DNA of 64,000 nucleotides from Felis catus. Its lineage: Eukaryota. The stretch is taken from assembly GCF_018350175.1 (NCBI RefSeq), contig NC_058368.1, positions 219,730,001 through 219,794,000 on the forward strand, given 5' to 3'. A program made the position numbers and the translations under genes. How positions within the stretch are numbered: the stretch's first letter is position 1; the number at the start of each line of letters is the position of its first letter. Below, piece after piece: positions 12,231-23,599 of the stretch. The notes beneath the pieces were generated by a model that was not told the origin of the DNA, did not search any database, and saw only the letters and a list, made by a program, of their open reading frames with translations.

Positions 12231-12446
12231 TTACTTTTTTATTTTTTAACGTTTATTTACTTTTGAGAGAGAGAGAGACAAGCACGAGTTGAGGAGGGGT
12301 AAAGAGAGGGAGACACAGAATCAGAAGCAGGCTCCAGTTTCTGAGCTGTCAGCACAGAGCCTGATGTGGGTTTGATCCCACGAACCATGAGATCATGACC
12401 TGAGCTGAGGTCAGATGCTTAACAGACTGAGCCACTCTGGTGCCCC
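12231..12446 (-). mobile_element. Can-SINE
   Basis: Full body; TSD cccattttttctt / ccctttttttctt. Confidence 0.93.
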
Positions 12447-12885
12447 TCCCTTTTTTTCTTAATTAGACTAATACTTTATTCTGCTTGGTGTATTTAAATG
12501 CTTTAAAGAAAATACATAAAACTGAAATGAAGAATAATGAGAGAGGCAAAGGCTACTTTAGATAATGCTGGTAAGGGAAGTCCTTTTACTCAAGAACCAC
12601 AAGTTTTACCAAAACCTAAGGAAAGAGGTGCTGGTCCAGTGAGAATAGGGAAGGGAGCATCACAGGCAGAGAAAACATCATGTACAAAGGTCCTGAGGAA
12701 GGAAGTACTTCCTGTGCATGAAGGACTTAAAATCATCTGGGTTTGGAGCAGAATAATAAACAGAGATTAGACAGATAGTCAAGGACCATGGCAAAGACTT
12801 CAGGGTTCATTCTAGGAAAATAAGAAAATAAGAAGCCATTAAAATCCTGTAAGAAGCAGAGTGTGTTATTAAATATGCGTTTTTA

Positions 12886-13096
12886 GGTACCCCTGGTGGT
12901 TCAGTGGGTTAAGCACTTGACTCTTGATCTCAGCTCAGGTCATGAGCTCACAGTTGGTGAATCTGAGCCCCACATCAGGGTGTGTGAGGACAGTGCAGAG
13001 TCTGCTTGGAATTCTCTCTCCCTACCTCTCTGCCCCTCACTTGCTTGCCACACACTCTCTCTCTCAAAATAAGTAAATAAACCTAAAATAATAAAT
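12886..13096 (+). mobile_element. Can-SINE, older subfamily
   Basis: gactcttgatctcagctcaggtcatg diagnostic; TSD aaatatgcgttttta / aaatatgaattttta. Confidence 0.92.
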
Positions 13097-13789
13097 AAAT
13101 ATGAATTTTTAGGAGAATTAGTATTTTGCACAGGGAGAATAAATGAGTGAAGAAGAGTCACCAGTTAATCCGACTATTGTTAACAAGAGACTGTTACATT
13201 AAAAGAGGTGACAGATAACTTCAGCTAAAACTAAGGTGTTGGCAATAGAAATGAATTAAAAAAGAGGAGAAAGTTATGTTGCTGAATTTAGGAGATGCAA
13301 TTGATAAGGGCTGTTAAATCATAGGATTTGAGAACAGTCATGATGGGAATGGAAAATTAGAAATGATTTCTAGGTTTCAAGCTGGAGTAAATGAACTATG
13401 CTGTTTACTGAGATAAGGAGGGTTAAGTTGGAGGGGTGATAGTATATTCGGGTGAAAGGAGAGTTGACGTGGGAAATAAAAAGATTCTTTTTGGGCAAGA
13501 TAATTTTGAGAACTCCGTGAGGCATCTATTTGGAAATGTCAGTGAAAAGTTGGATGTGTGAGCCTGGGCTTAGAAGAACATTCTGTTCTAGATCTATGCT
13601 TGTAGGAATTGTTGGACTAAGACAATATTCAAATCCACAGGAACTGATGGCGTCATTTAGGAAAGAAATCTAATAAGAGAAGAGAAGCAAAAAATTACAA
13701 GAGCTAGTGTTTTCATAAATCTCTCTTACTTTTTGTAACTATTTAATTAATTGTGCTTTTTTTAAAAGAAATATTTATGCTTTAAACTA

Positions 13790-14565
13790 ATCCTTTTGGT
13801 TGTGCTGTAAATCTCATCTCCTCTCACCTACTCTGTAATATTACTTCAGAAATTATTCCTCACCTCTTGGATCATCAGCTGGACCATATCCATAGCACAC
13901 AGATGGTAATTTATCCATACTCAGAAGAAAAAGAAAAAAAACTCCGCTGACCCACATCCCTTTCTATTTGAAGCGTTGTCTATACTTTTTTTTTTTCCTT
14001 ATATTATCTTGAATGGGTTCCAAAGTTGTTTGTTTTATTTGTTTGTTTTTGTCCCCAAGGACCATCATGCCAAGGTAGCCAATAATTTCCACCTTGCTAA
14101 ATTAAATGGTGAGTTTCCGTTCTCATCTAACCCATCAACAATATTTGGCACAGTTCATTCCCTTATATCCCCTGCTTCACCAGCTGCTCATTCTCAAACT
14201 ACTTGTTTCCTCTTTGTATTCCCAGGCTCTCAACCTTGGATGCCCAAGACACCTCTACTCTTTCATACTACACTTAGGACCTGAGTGATCTAATTATGGT
14301 GTATAGTTGTAAATACTACCTGTGTCCTAGTGACTTCCATGGTTATATGCTCATCTTCTAAAATCAAGATAAATACAATTACTTACAAAACATTTTTATG
14401 TGGCTATCTCCTAGGCCTTTCAAACACATATGTATGAATAAACTGAGGACCTTACCCTCCTAATCTTCTTTTCCTTCTTCTATCCAATCAAACCTAACAA
14501 TTGCATTCTTACAATTGATAAGGCCAAAAACAAAAACAAAGATAAAACCTCAGGTTCATGTTTGA
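13790..14565 (+). mobile_element. LINE-2 fragment
   Basis: ccaaggtagccaataatttccaccttgctaaattaaatgg, caacaatatttggcacagtt and tggctatctcctaggcctttcaaac are typical of L2 RT/3' sequence. Confidence 0.7.
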
Positions 14566-14567
14566 TT

Positions 14568-15107
14568 TATCTGTTAGCTACCTATTACTGCTGAAAAACA
14601 AACAAACAAGCAAGCAAACAAACAAACAAACCAAAGTTGCCACAACCACAATGGCTTAAATCAGTACAGTTTTATAGGTAAGAGGCCAAAAATGGGTCTT
14701 ATGTGGCTATGGTTAATGTGTCAACAGGTTACTGACCCTCTAGTTTCCTTCTGGAGGTTGTAAGGTAGAATCCCTTCTTTTGCCTTTTTGAGTTCCCAGA
14801 GGCTGCCCATATCCTTTGGCCTGTAGCTCCCTTCCATCTTCAAAGCCACCAATCACACCATTCTGACTTCTCTTTCATTACCATACATCTCTCTCTGATT
14901 CTCCTGCCTCCCTCTTTCACTTATAAATATCCTTTTGGTTACATTGGTCCCAGCCAGATAATCCAGGATATACTGCCAATCTCAAGATTCTTAAATTAAT
15001 CACATTTTCAAAGTCTCTTTTGACATGTAAACTAACATTTTCACAAATTTCTGGGATTAGGATTTAGGCATCCTTGGAATTTTTCCACATTTTTTTCGCC
15101 TGCCACA
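14568..15107 (-). mobile_element. MaLR solo LTR (MLT1C/D-like)
   Basis: ccagaggctgcccatatcctttggcctgtagctcccttccatcttcaaagcc, gataatccaggat, terminal gcctgccaca. Confidence 0.88.
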
Positions 15108-15379
15108 GTATATAGTAAGCCATCTCATAGGGTAGAGGACAGACACAAAGTATTTCAAAATAAAGCCACCTCTAACTGCTGGCTACATACACCAACAGAG
15201 TCCCTGATACATGGGAAAGGTGCTAAATCAAATATTAATATTCATTTCAGAGAACTTTTTTTTACAGTGATCAAATGGTACACATTTTTCAAATAAAATA
15301 AACCCAGACATTTCAATTACTCCATGTAGCAAGAATAAAATAAGTAATGGTATAATTACAACTAGAAGGCTCTTTGGGG

Positions 15380-15502
15380 AAGAAATATAGTTTAAATCCT
15401 CCATTGTAATGAATGAAAAGCAAAGATTCAGAAAAATAAGTGGCCTGTCCATGATTGCACAACTGATCAATGACACAGTTGAGACAAGAACCAGGACTCA
15501 TT
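15380..15502 (-). mobile_element. MIR fragment
   Basis: Core-like aaagattcagaaaaataagtggcctgtccatgattgcacaactg...gagacaagaaccaggact. Confidence 0.6.
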
Positions 15503-16649
15503 TCTATCTTTAATGTCTGAGATGTCCTTAAATCTAGCTAAACTCATAGCTTCCAAAGAATAAATGAAAAATATACCCACACCCTCTACTCCTAAGTTTC
15601 CTCTCATTTATCTCTATATAATTGTAAACTTTCCTATAAGATTATCTTACATCTATATTATCTTAAAAAGGAGATAAGAACTTTTAAGGTAGTCACATGG
15701 TCTTTATTGCTCATATAATGTGATAATGGAAATGACTGTATTTAAAACAATAGTTTCTCACACTTTGAAGATTTAAATGGTTACTTGATGTCAGATGTTT
15801 TCCATTTAAGAACTTTATTTCAAATACTTACTTGGAAAGAGACAATTAATGTCTTTATTTGTGAATTGCTATTGTGCAACTATTATCATTTAAATGGATT
15901 CTGGCCTCCTGTTCTTAAATGAGCCGGAGCCCAGAGATAAACAATTTGAGGCATATAAAATTGACTTGTGACATATTAGATGGCAAGATACTTTTAAGTT
16001 CTGTTTCATTTATGTTTATGATCTCTGAATGTGCTTGAAGTTCTGCTTTTATTTCTGGTAAACCTACCAATTTAAATTGACAAAGACAAAGTGATTGTAT
16101 AATTTAGGTTGTTGTGGTTATTGGATTAGTTCCTCCTCTATGTGAAAGCATGACTCCAAAGAACTCTGTGATGGCAAAAACAGAGCAGAGGAAGACAGCC
16201 AGTTATTCTGTCACTTCATAATGGCAGCTTTTTATCCTCCGACCCAAGGTCAATTGCATTGTCTTTGGTGAAAGATAGAGAACTATCGCTAAGAAAGATT
16301 TTACTGGGCAGCAATTCTGAATCTATTTCCTCTGATGAAATGTCAATAGCTTTCCAGGACAAAATGTAGGTTTTTCTGGAAACAAAGGTGAAATTGGTTT
16401 GAAAATGTACTCCACAAATCAGTCCTCTTCAATATAAAACATTTGAGAGAGAAAAATTAACAAGTAATCCAATATGCTGTTATGTTTCCATCTTTTTATT
16501 TTAATTCATCAAACATATTACATTTTCTCCAAAAAACCAATTTAGGGAAGCATTGATGTTCTTCTAATGGTTTTAGAGTCATAAAACTTGTAATAAAAAG
16601 TCAGCTGCTGTGAACCTGGAAATCCTTGAAAACTAACCAGAGATAAAAC

Positions 16650-17100
16650 CCTCTGAAGGACAGACCTATGGAACAATACATATTGCATGGCATTACAAAA
16701 AGGAAACCGGAATATTAATAAAACCCACTGGTATATGTATTCAAAATAATACACCTCTTACAGGTGATATTTTGGAATAATGGTAAAAAGTGTGTTTATC
16801 ATTTATGAGAATATTAAATTCCACCTTCCACAATTTTTATCAACATCATTAAATTTTACAAAAGCTTCTTTTATTCATTTTTTAAAAATGTAGTTATTTT
16901 TCCTCAAATCAATAAAAATATAATCCAACCAAAACAGAAGAAATAAATCTTAATGTTCCTTATACAAATGCTAAACTCCTTATAATTTTTTTCATAAATG
17001 GTGTTAGTGGCTAGACAATTTCCTGAACACTGTTTGCAGTACAGATAGTTGCATACTATCAGGAATCCTCATGGAGAAGTGTAATTTCCTAAATGCATAG
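16650..17100 (+). mobile_element. Putative Penelope-like element RT relic, N-terminal part
   Basis: Collinear decayed motifs ILIKPTG (16712), VIFPQINKNIIQP (16893), WLDNFL...NFLNA (17008-17097). Spacing resembles IKPADKG / LPKIHK / D..L..DT..FL of PLE RTs. By-eye match only. Confidence 0.4.
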
Positions 17101-17699
17101 TTTTACTTATATGCATGTGTGAAAGGGACTTCTAATGGAAATATAGTAAGGATCAGAAGTAAGGGAGGCAGGTGAAGGCAGGGAAAAAAAGAAAAAAAGC
17201 CTGCAAATAAGCCTAGATTATTTTTGTCTAGAAGTATAGTCTCAGGTACCAGAAATAGCTCGGATGATCTAGCTCCCTTGACGAGCACAGTGGTAAGGTT
17301 ATTCTGGAGATGGGCGAGTGGACACACAGGACACACAAGTCACACACTACCACTGAGATGATTCTCCTAAAATAGCAAAAGTTTTTTAGAGAATCATTTC
17401 AAGTTTGTACAGCTGGTTATGGTGATTATGGACTTTCTGGGCTCTAGTGACCTCCTCTGAAGGATCAACCCCTAACATGCTGCCCTGAGCAAGCCGTTCT
17501 ATGAAAATATTAAGATGTAATAGAGCTTCTGGCACACCATAGACTGTTATGAGATAAAGGACTGGATTCATGGAACTAGCCACTTGCACCAGGGTAGGAG
17601 GAGCCTGAGTGTCTATTCAACTTGCAGTGCACTTGAATCTCCAGTAATGTCAGCACAGACAAAGAGCACATGGACGATGTTCTTCTCAATGCTCTGCTC

Positions 17700-18420
17700 A
17701 GTTGGATCCATACATAGAATATATCCAACCTTTTCTGGAAGGAATAATTACCAAGGCTACCACTGGGGAGAAGGACAGTGTCTCCATGTGCTTACCAAAC
17801 ATGGGAAAGGCTAAGGACTGACCCATTTCTGCTTCCACATAACTCAGCTACTTCAGGCTTACAGAACAGACTCCAGTGAAGGTCCAACCCAATAATCCTT
17901 GATCCACACTTGCTTCAAAAATGTGTTTAATTTTCCTCTTCCACACTCTCTGCCAGACTCAGCTGTGTTCCACTATGGAACATATTGGTATGGTTTCACA
18001 TTATCTTTGAGAAGCTGTATTTCCAGACATCTGTTCAGAGAATGAGAACCACAATGACCTCTTGTCAAAGCCAAGACCATCATGAATCTCATGTGGCTGA
18101 TTCCAATAACTCCAGCTCCAACTGCCTGAAAATATCTATGCTCACCTTATAATAACTGAATACGGTACTTCTATACCAGGTATCTGAGAAACTATCCTTC
18201 ATGTCACCATGTAGTTTTTACATATTTCTCTTGTGTTAGTCTGTGGAGTAACAAAGGGATATCTCTGCCAGAGAAGCTGAAGCAGGATGGTATATCCTCA
18301 GAAAGACCTGTGGCACCATCAAAGGTAATGTCTAAGATTGACAAGCTAGAGATTAGCAATTTTTATTCTAACCATCTTGTTGGATATGTGTTCTGCAACA
18401 GCCTATAATGACTGCTTTTT
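17700..18420 (-). mobile_element. Ancient Ty3/Gypsy-type integrase relic (MamGyp-like internal sequence)
   Basis: Minus-strand translation in shifting frames: KMVRIK...RHYL*W (18375-18316), TWYR, IDIFRQLELELLESAT, KDNVKPYQYVP*...LAE, RKIKHIFEASVDQ, MGQSLAFPMFGKHMETL (ends 17776). Order matches gypsy integrases. Multiple stops and frameshifts. Confidence 0.65.
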
Positions 18421-18724
18421 GTTATCCTGAGTAGAAATTTTCACCTCTGTCTTTATCCAAATTACACAGGTTGAGGAAGAGACACAGTCCTTAATGAATA
18501 AAAAAAAAGAAAAGAAGAGCTCAGTAACTATAATTATTCCAACGGCAAATTGTGTTAATTTTTTGTCTTTCAGAGAGACTGCTGTCTCCCCTCTGGCAGT
18601 ACCCATATGTCTCAACTCATCTGATTCAAGGGAACAAAAAATAGTAATGTAAAAATTTATGCCCATCTTATGTGATGAAAACCCCATTTATGAAAGTAGG
18701 AAAATACTATGGCTATTCTTAGAT

Positions 18725-19085
18725 ATGCAGTGGCTCTTGTCATTATTATACCTAGTGATCCACTAACTTTGTTTGTTTGTTTGTTTGTTTTTGTTGTTGC
18801 TTTCTGTCTCTATTGTATTAAGCTTCACTGGGCTAGCAATCTTTGTTTCAGGAACAGAAAAATGATTCCCTTGACCTAGAAGTTGAAATTGCCATATGGA
18901 TTCTTTGGGATTCTTATGCCATTGAATCAACAAGCAAAGAAATGGATTACTGTAGATGCTCAGGAGATTAATCCTGAGCATCAAGGAGAAATGCAGTGGA
19001 AGAAACAAGCACTACATCTGAAAAATATGAGATCCTCTAGGGTGTTGTTTATATACTATCCTAAAATTAAAAGTTTATAAAAAAA
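18725..19085 (+). mobile_element. ERVL internal fragment encoding degenerate dUTPase
   Basis: ORF 18883-19080 KLPYGFFGILMPLNQQAKKWITVDAQEINPEHQGE matches ERVL dUTPase LPPGHFGLLMPLNQQAKKGVTVLAGVIDPDYQGE. Upstream IIPSDPL and downstream DPLG also fit. Confidence 0.88.
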
Positions 19086-19094
19086 TGAACATGA

Positions 19095-19600
19095 CTTGTA
19101 AGGAAACTTTGAATTTGGTGATATCATTGACCATATTGTGCTAATGCTTGGTTATATGCCAGATTTTCATCCCCACAATCAAAAAGAAATTTAACATTCA
19201 AAAATGTCAATACCACGTTTACTCTCTGACAATGACTATTCTAATTTGTCACATGTTTCAAGGCATTTGGGTTTTGATAGTCTATTTGAGATTATAGCTG
19301 ATAAAGACATGCTATGGGACAATTTGGACGTATCATTGATAATACCTTAATGATAGTGTTAACATGAACTTTCTTGATGCCTGGGTATCAAAATGAGGAC
19401 AACACAACTTATATTATATCCTAACACATAAAGAAAGGATCCTGAAAGAACTGATAAAACACTCTACTTCAATGTCATTAAAAGCTATACGTTTGTGATT
19501 TATAAAATAATGAGATAAGAATCAGCTGAAAAAGATCAGAGGATATTTGTAATAGGTTCATATATATCTAAAAATAAACTAAAAGAAGCAGAGATGAGCT
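19095..19600 (+). mobile_element. Putative Penelope-like element RT relic, C-terminal part
   Basis: NFEFGD (19105), DYSNL (19234), GRIIDNTLMI (19326, YIDD-like position), MNFLDAWV (19364), TD/NTLL (19450), KAIRL...QLKKIRGY (19481-19546). Confidence 0.4.
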
Positions 19601-19713
19601 ACCCTTTTAATACTCAAGGACATAATCACAGAAATAGCTTTTGCTTTCATCATGGTAAAATATCTATACATAGGCTGATGAGTAATGATGACAAGTGTTC
19701 CATCCATTCCTAG

Positions 19714-19790
19714 GACCCTGCTAACTCAGTTCATTAAATGTATTCAGCTAATGAAGCTGAGGTCACAAGATCAATTCCCCTGTGGTCTTT
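19714..19790 (+). mobile_element. Decayed tRNA-Ile-like SINE head (MamSINE1-like)
   Basis: ctaactcagttcattaaa...gctaatgaagctgaggtcacaagatcaattcccc aligns by eye with tRNA-Ile(AAT) TTAGCTCAGTTGGTTAGA...GCTAATAACGCCAAGGTCGCGGGTTCGATCCCC. Too decayed to be a functional tRNA. Confidence 0.5.
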
Positions 19791-20340
19791 AGATTTTCCT
19801 AACTGCCATCACACAAAATCATTTAGAGAACTCAGACTGGAAATATATAGGCATTCAGTCTAGTTAGGCATCTTAATTAGGTCAGTCCCCTGCCATCAGA
19901 AAGAAGCATCTCTTTGAAAACATTTTGCACAAAAGCTTTTTAAAAACAATTTGTTTCATTATATACCATTTGAACACTACTTTCTCCTAATTTATATTTT
20001 AATATGCTAATCTGAATACCAAATTATTCCATTAATAGGAATGATAGGGTCACAAGAACTTGTAAGTGAAGCAACAAATTTATCCCACTTTCTTTTTTGC
20101 CTTTTGGTTAATTTTCCATTTGTCCTTCAAGTGGTGAAAATGAAGTGGCCCAAATGATATTTAGGAGCTGAATTTTGTAGATATCTTTCTCCATCGTTGA
20201 TATTTCTAGATGTGTTGATACAGAAGGTTTAATCATTGACATGTGCTTAAAGACTATCCATAATAGATGAAGAAAAAGAGAGAGGGAAAGAGAAGGAGAT
20301 GATCTATGTAGTGAAAGTGTACTTTAAAAATCATGGATTT

Positions 20341-20555
20341 GGGGCCCCTGGGTGGCTCAGTCGGTTAAGCCTCTGACTTCAGCTCAGGTCATGATCTCAT
20401 GGTCGGTGAGTTCAATCCCCGCTTCGGGCTCTATGCTGACAGCTCAGAGCCTGGAGGCTGTTTCAGATTCTGTCTCCCTCTCTCTCTGACCCTCCCCCGT
20501 TCATGCTCTGTCTCTCTCTGTCTCAAAAATAAATAAATGTTAATTTTTTTAAAAA
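20341..20555 (+). mobile_element. Young Can-SINE (SINEC_Fc)
   Basis: Perfect 16-bp TSD taaaaatcatggattt (20325-20340 / 20556-20571). Confidence 0.97.
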
Positions 20556-21344
20556 TAAAAATCATGGATTTATGCCCATGAATAACCAACTTATATAATG
20601 GATACATGGGTTAGTGCTCATATTACTCATACCAAAACTCCATTCCAAGTTCACCTTAGAGAAAAAAGTTCCATTTGAAAATTAGCCTGTTGACAATTAT
20701 AAACATATAAAATTAATTTCACTAAAATAATTCAAACTAAATATGGTCTGGAAAGTGTATAAGCATTCAATAATTAATAACACCCTTCCCTCTGGAAACT
20801 AATGACCCACTGAAGCAAAAGTTAAAATGATATTTGTGTCATGCAGATTTATAATTTACAATATAAGCTATAATAATACTATTGCAATATCTATAATTTA
20901 TATTATTATACCCTCGATAAGGAGATAGGAAAAAGAAATAGGAAAAATATCTATAGATTTACAATTTTCATCCACTAATTTGTGAAATATTAATGTAAAA
21001 TTATTTACAGATTATTTCACCTTTTTCTTGTACACATACAGTACACACACACAAATTTATATATTTACCGCTGTCTAAATTCTAGGAATGAAAATGTAAA
21101 CCTAAACTATTTAAAATCTTGATACATATAAAGTTTTAAATTATAAGTAAATAATTAGAATTATACTTTACATGTAAAAAGTATATATAAATACATATAA
21201 CTGCAATGATTATAATTTATAATTAAAACATTCTTGGGTGATATAACATTTTTCTTACCACATTGTAGTGCAAAAGGAAAGACAGTATAGTGGAGGGATT
21301 AATATCATGTGGTAATAGATAATGAAAGGCGGAATAATTGGGAT

Positions 21345-21590
21345 TTAAGATCTCGATTACTGAAGTAAGACTGCCTGGATTTAAATCCTGATTCTATCAA
21401 TTATTAATCATGACTTAAACTTTCTTTATTTTTCCAGTACTTTACCTCCCAAATGTCATTTACTCTAGTACCTACCTATAAGATTTATTGTAATGTTTAA
21501 ATGAGTTAATATAGGGAATGTATAGGGCAGGTCTGGCACATAGTGGCATTATATATATATGTTTGTATGTGTATTTGATAGCTATTATCA
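21345..21590 (+). mobile_element. MIR
   Basis: agactgcctggatttaaatcctgattct...agtacctacctataagatttattgtaatgtttaaatgagttaat...tctggcacatagt. Confidence 0.8.
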
Positions 21591-21689
21591 TCATTATCTT
21601 CTTCTTATTATTATTATTATAGTTATAAAATGGCTACATCTATTTTATAAAGAATTTAAACTAGATAGCTTGTTAAAGTTATTGACCCT

Positions 21690-21797
21690 GGGGGTGTGTG
21701 GGTGGCTCAGTCAGTTAAGCATTGACTTTGCATTTCAGCCGAGGTCATGATCTCAAGGTTCATGAGTTTAAGCCCTGCATCAGGCTCTATGCTGGCA
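21690..21797 (+). mobile_element. Can-SINE 5' half only (3'-truncated)
   Basis: Head gggtggctcagtcagttaagc...aggtcatgatctc...gctctatgctggca, then an abrupt end with no (CT)n or A tail. Confidence 0.88.
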
Positions 21798-21814
21798 AAG
21801 TGTTTTCAAACACT

Positions 21815-22043
21815 TTCTCTCACCTTTCTGCAAATGGTCTTTCTTCCCTTTGTGCCCTTAGACCTCTCATCCTCTTCTTAGCTCATATAAGCATCATGTT
21901 GCCTCACTGTCTTTGAAATTTCCATTCCCATATGAATTCCCTATTCCCTATTAGTTTGCTCTTGTTTCTTTGTCTCATGTCAATTTGATTCTAAGTTCAG
22001 CCTCTGGACCTTGAAGGGCAGAGGAAAGTCTTCCTCTAGTACA
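21815..22043 (+). mobile_element. ERV1-class LTR 3' portion
   Basis: TATA-like catataa near 21885. U5-like end tgtcaatttgattctaagttcagcc...accttgaagggcagaggaaagtcttcctctagtaca. Confidence 0.6.
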
Positions 22044-23290
22044 AGCTAATTTAAGGTGCAATTGTGTATAAATACACACACATTCACCTCCATACATATA
22101 CAAAAAATTCCACACAAACATGTATGTGTATATTTAACAATTTAAAACTACATATATGTGTAGTTCATTGTGACTCAACCCTCTGACAGCAGTAGACCTT
22201 ATCATCTTTTAACTAAACCTTCTCAATCTTCTCATTTTGTGACCATGGGGCCTTAAGGTATCGAGAAAACAACCTGGTTACCAGAACTCTTCCAACCCTA
22301 CAAAACCAATTAACCCTAATATAATTTACAATACCCTCGGTTGAAAGAATGCTTATTTCACAAAAGAAGGAGAATGTATGCAGTTTACTAATAGAAGTGG
22401 CAAAGGAATTAAAATCTTGTAACACTGATGTATCAATGAGACCCAAAGAGAATAAGGTCTAAAGTGACATTAGATGTTTTCAAAGATGCACTTTTGCAAA
22501 ACATAATCATCTTCCACCTTTGTTTACTCCGTTGATTTGCAGTAACTCCCTAAAGAGAACTTGCTGCCGTTGAAGAGTTCTACAAAACTGTCCATTTCTG
22601 TGTTCAAATCAGGCTCTGCAATTCATCTCCCTATAATACATTTATACTATAATACAGAATATCTATGGGTGTATCTTGGCAACTGAGAAGTCTTTCCTTG
22701 ATGATAAGTCTGAAGCTACTCGATTTTCTTCTCAGTGTGGTACAGCCATCTTAAGTTTCTCTGATGCAAATTTTGCAAAGAATCAGGCAATTACTTTCAT
22801 TATCTCTTACATACACCAGTTAATGTTAAACTGACCCACTTGTTTGTTTATTGTTTTCACTGCTCTAATGAACTTGCTTTTGTTTTTGATGTCATTTGTT
22901 TAGTTTTATAGGTAATTATGGATATATATATATATATGTATATTTTAAAAATACTATTAGAGTTTGAAGATATTAGTATAATTTATGGTTAATTTTATTC
23001 CTTCTCATTTCAGTCCTAAAATCATCTACAGACTTTCCCTGAATAGATTTTAGCTCTACCACATGTGGTTACATTTCTAAGTGCTATTTACTTCATTTGC
23101 AAATGGGTTTTCTCTTTATATCGTCAATGCATGGGGTGCAAACCCATTATCAGGGCAAATGGAAGTGATATCTGCAAAGTACAGCCTTTTAGACAGCTTC
23201 AAGGCTACTTGTTCAAATGCTAAGTTCTTGGTCCACTTTACATTTATAAAGAGGCAAAAAATCCACAATTGCATATATATATGCAATTGT

Positions 23291-23293
<3 letters not shown>

Positions 23294-23331
<38 letters not shown>
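23294..23331. repeat. (AT)n microsatellite
   Basis: Directly visible. Confidence 0.95.
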
Positions 23332-23333
<2 letters not shown>

Positions 23334-23599
23334 ATCCATCCACAGGATGTTCCTGACCTTTATACATTTTACATAACTTACTAATTTTACATGTAAAAGT
23401 TTTTGAATATATATTTCCTTCTTTAACCAATATATTATCATTAGAAGTCCCCTACTAATAATCATGCTCACTTACCAAGCTTTGGACTAGAATATGTAAG
23501 ATAAGTTTAAGTATCATTTTTAAGAAGCTATGGGTCAAGTACCAACTTAAAAGTTATAACATTCATACTAGCAGAGATGTTAACAGAATAAAATTGATC

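Larger units (their letters stand above)
12085..13690 (-). mobile_element. LINE-2 fragment(s), interrupted by two SINEs
   Basis: L2-type motifs aggcagagaaaacatcatgtacaaaggtcctgag, gaggcatctatttggaaatgtcag, atttctaggtttcaagctggagtaaatg. Confidence 0.7.

Noticed and set aside
17880..17897. Minus-strand DYWVGP resembling an aquaporin motif
   Set aside because: No NPA motifs or transmembrane context, a stop follows closely, and the region is better explained by the gypsy integrase relic.
19714..19790. Functional tRNA-Ile gene
   Set aside because: Stems and B box are too degraded; treated as a SINE or tRNA relic.
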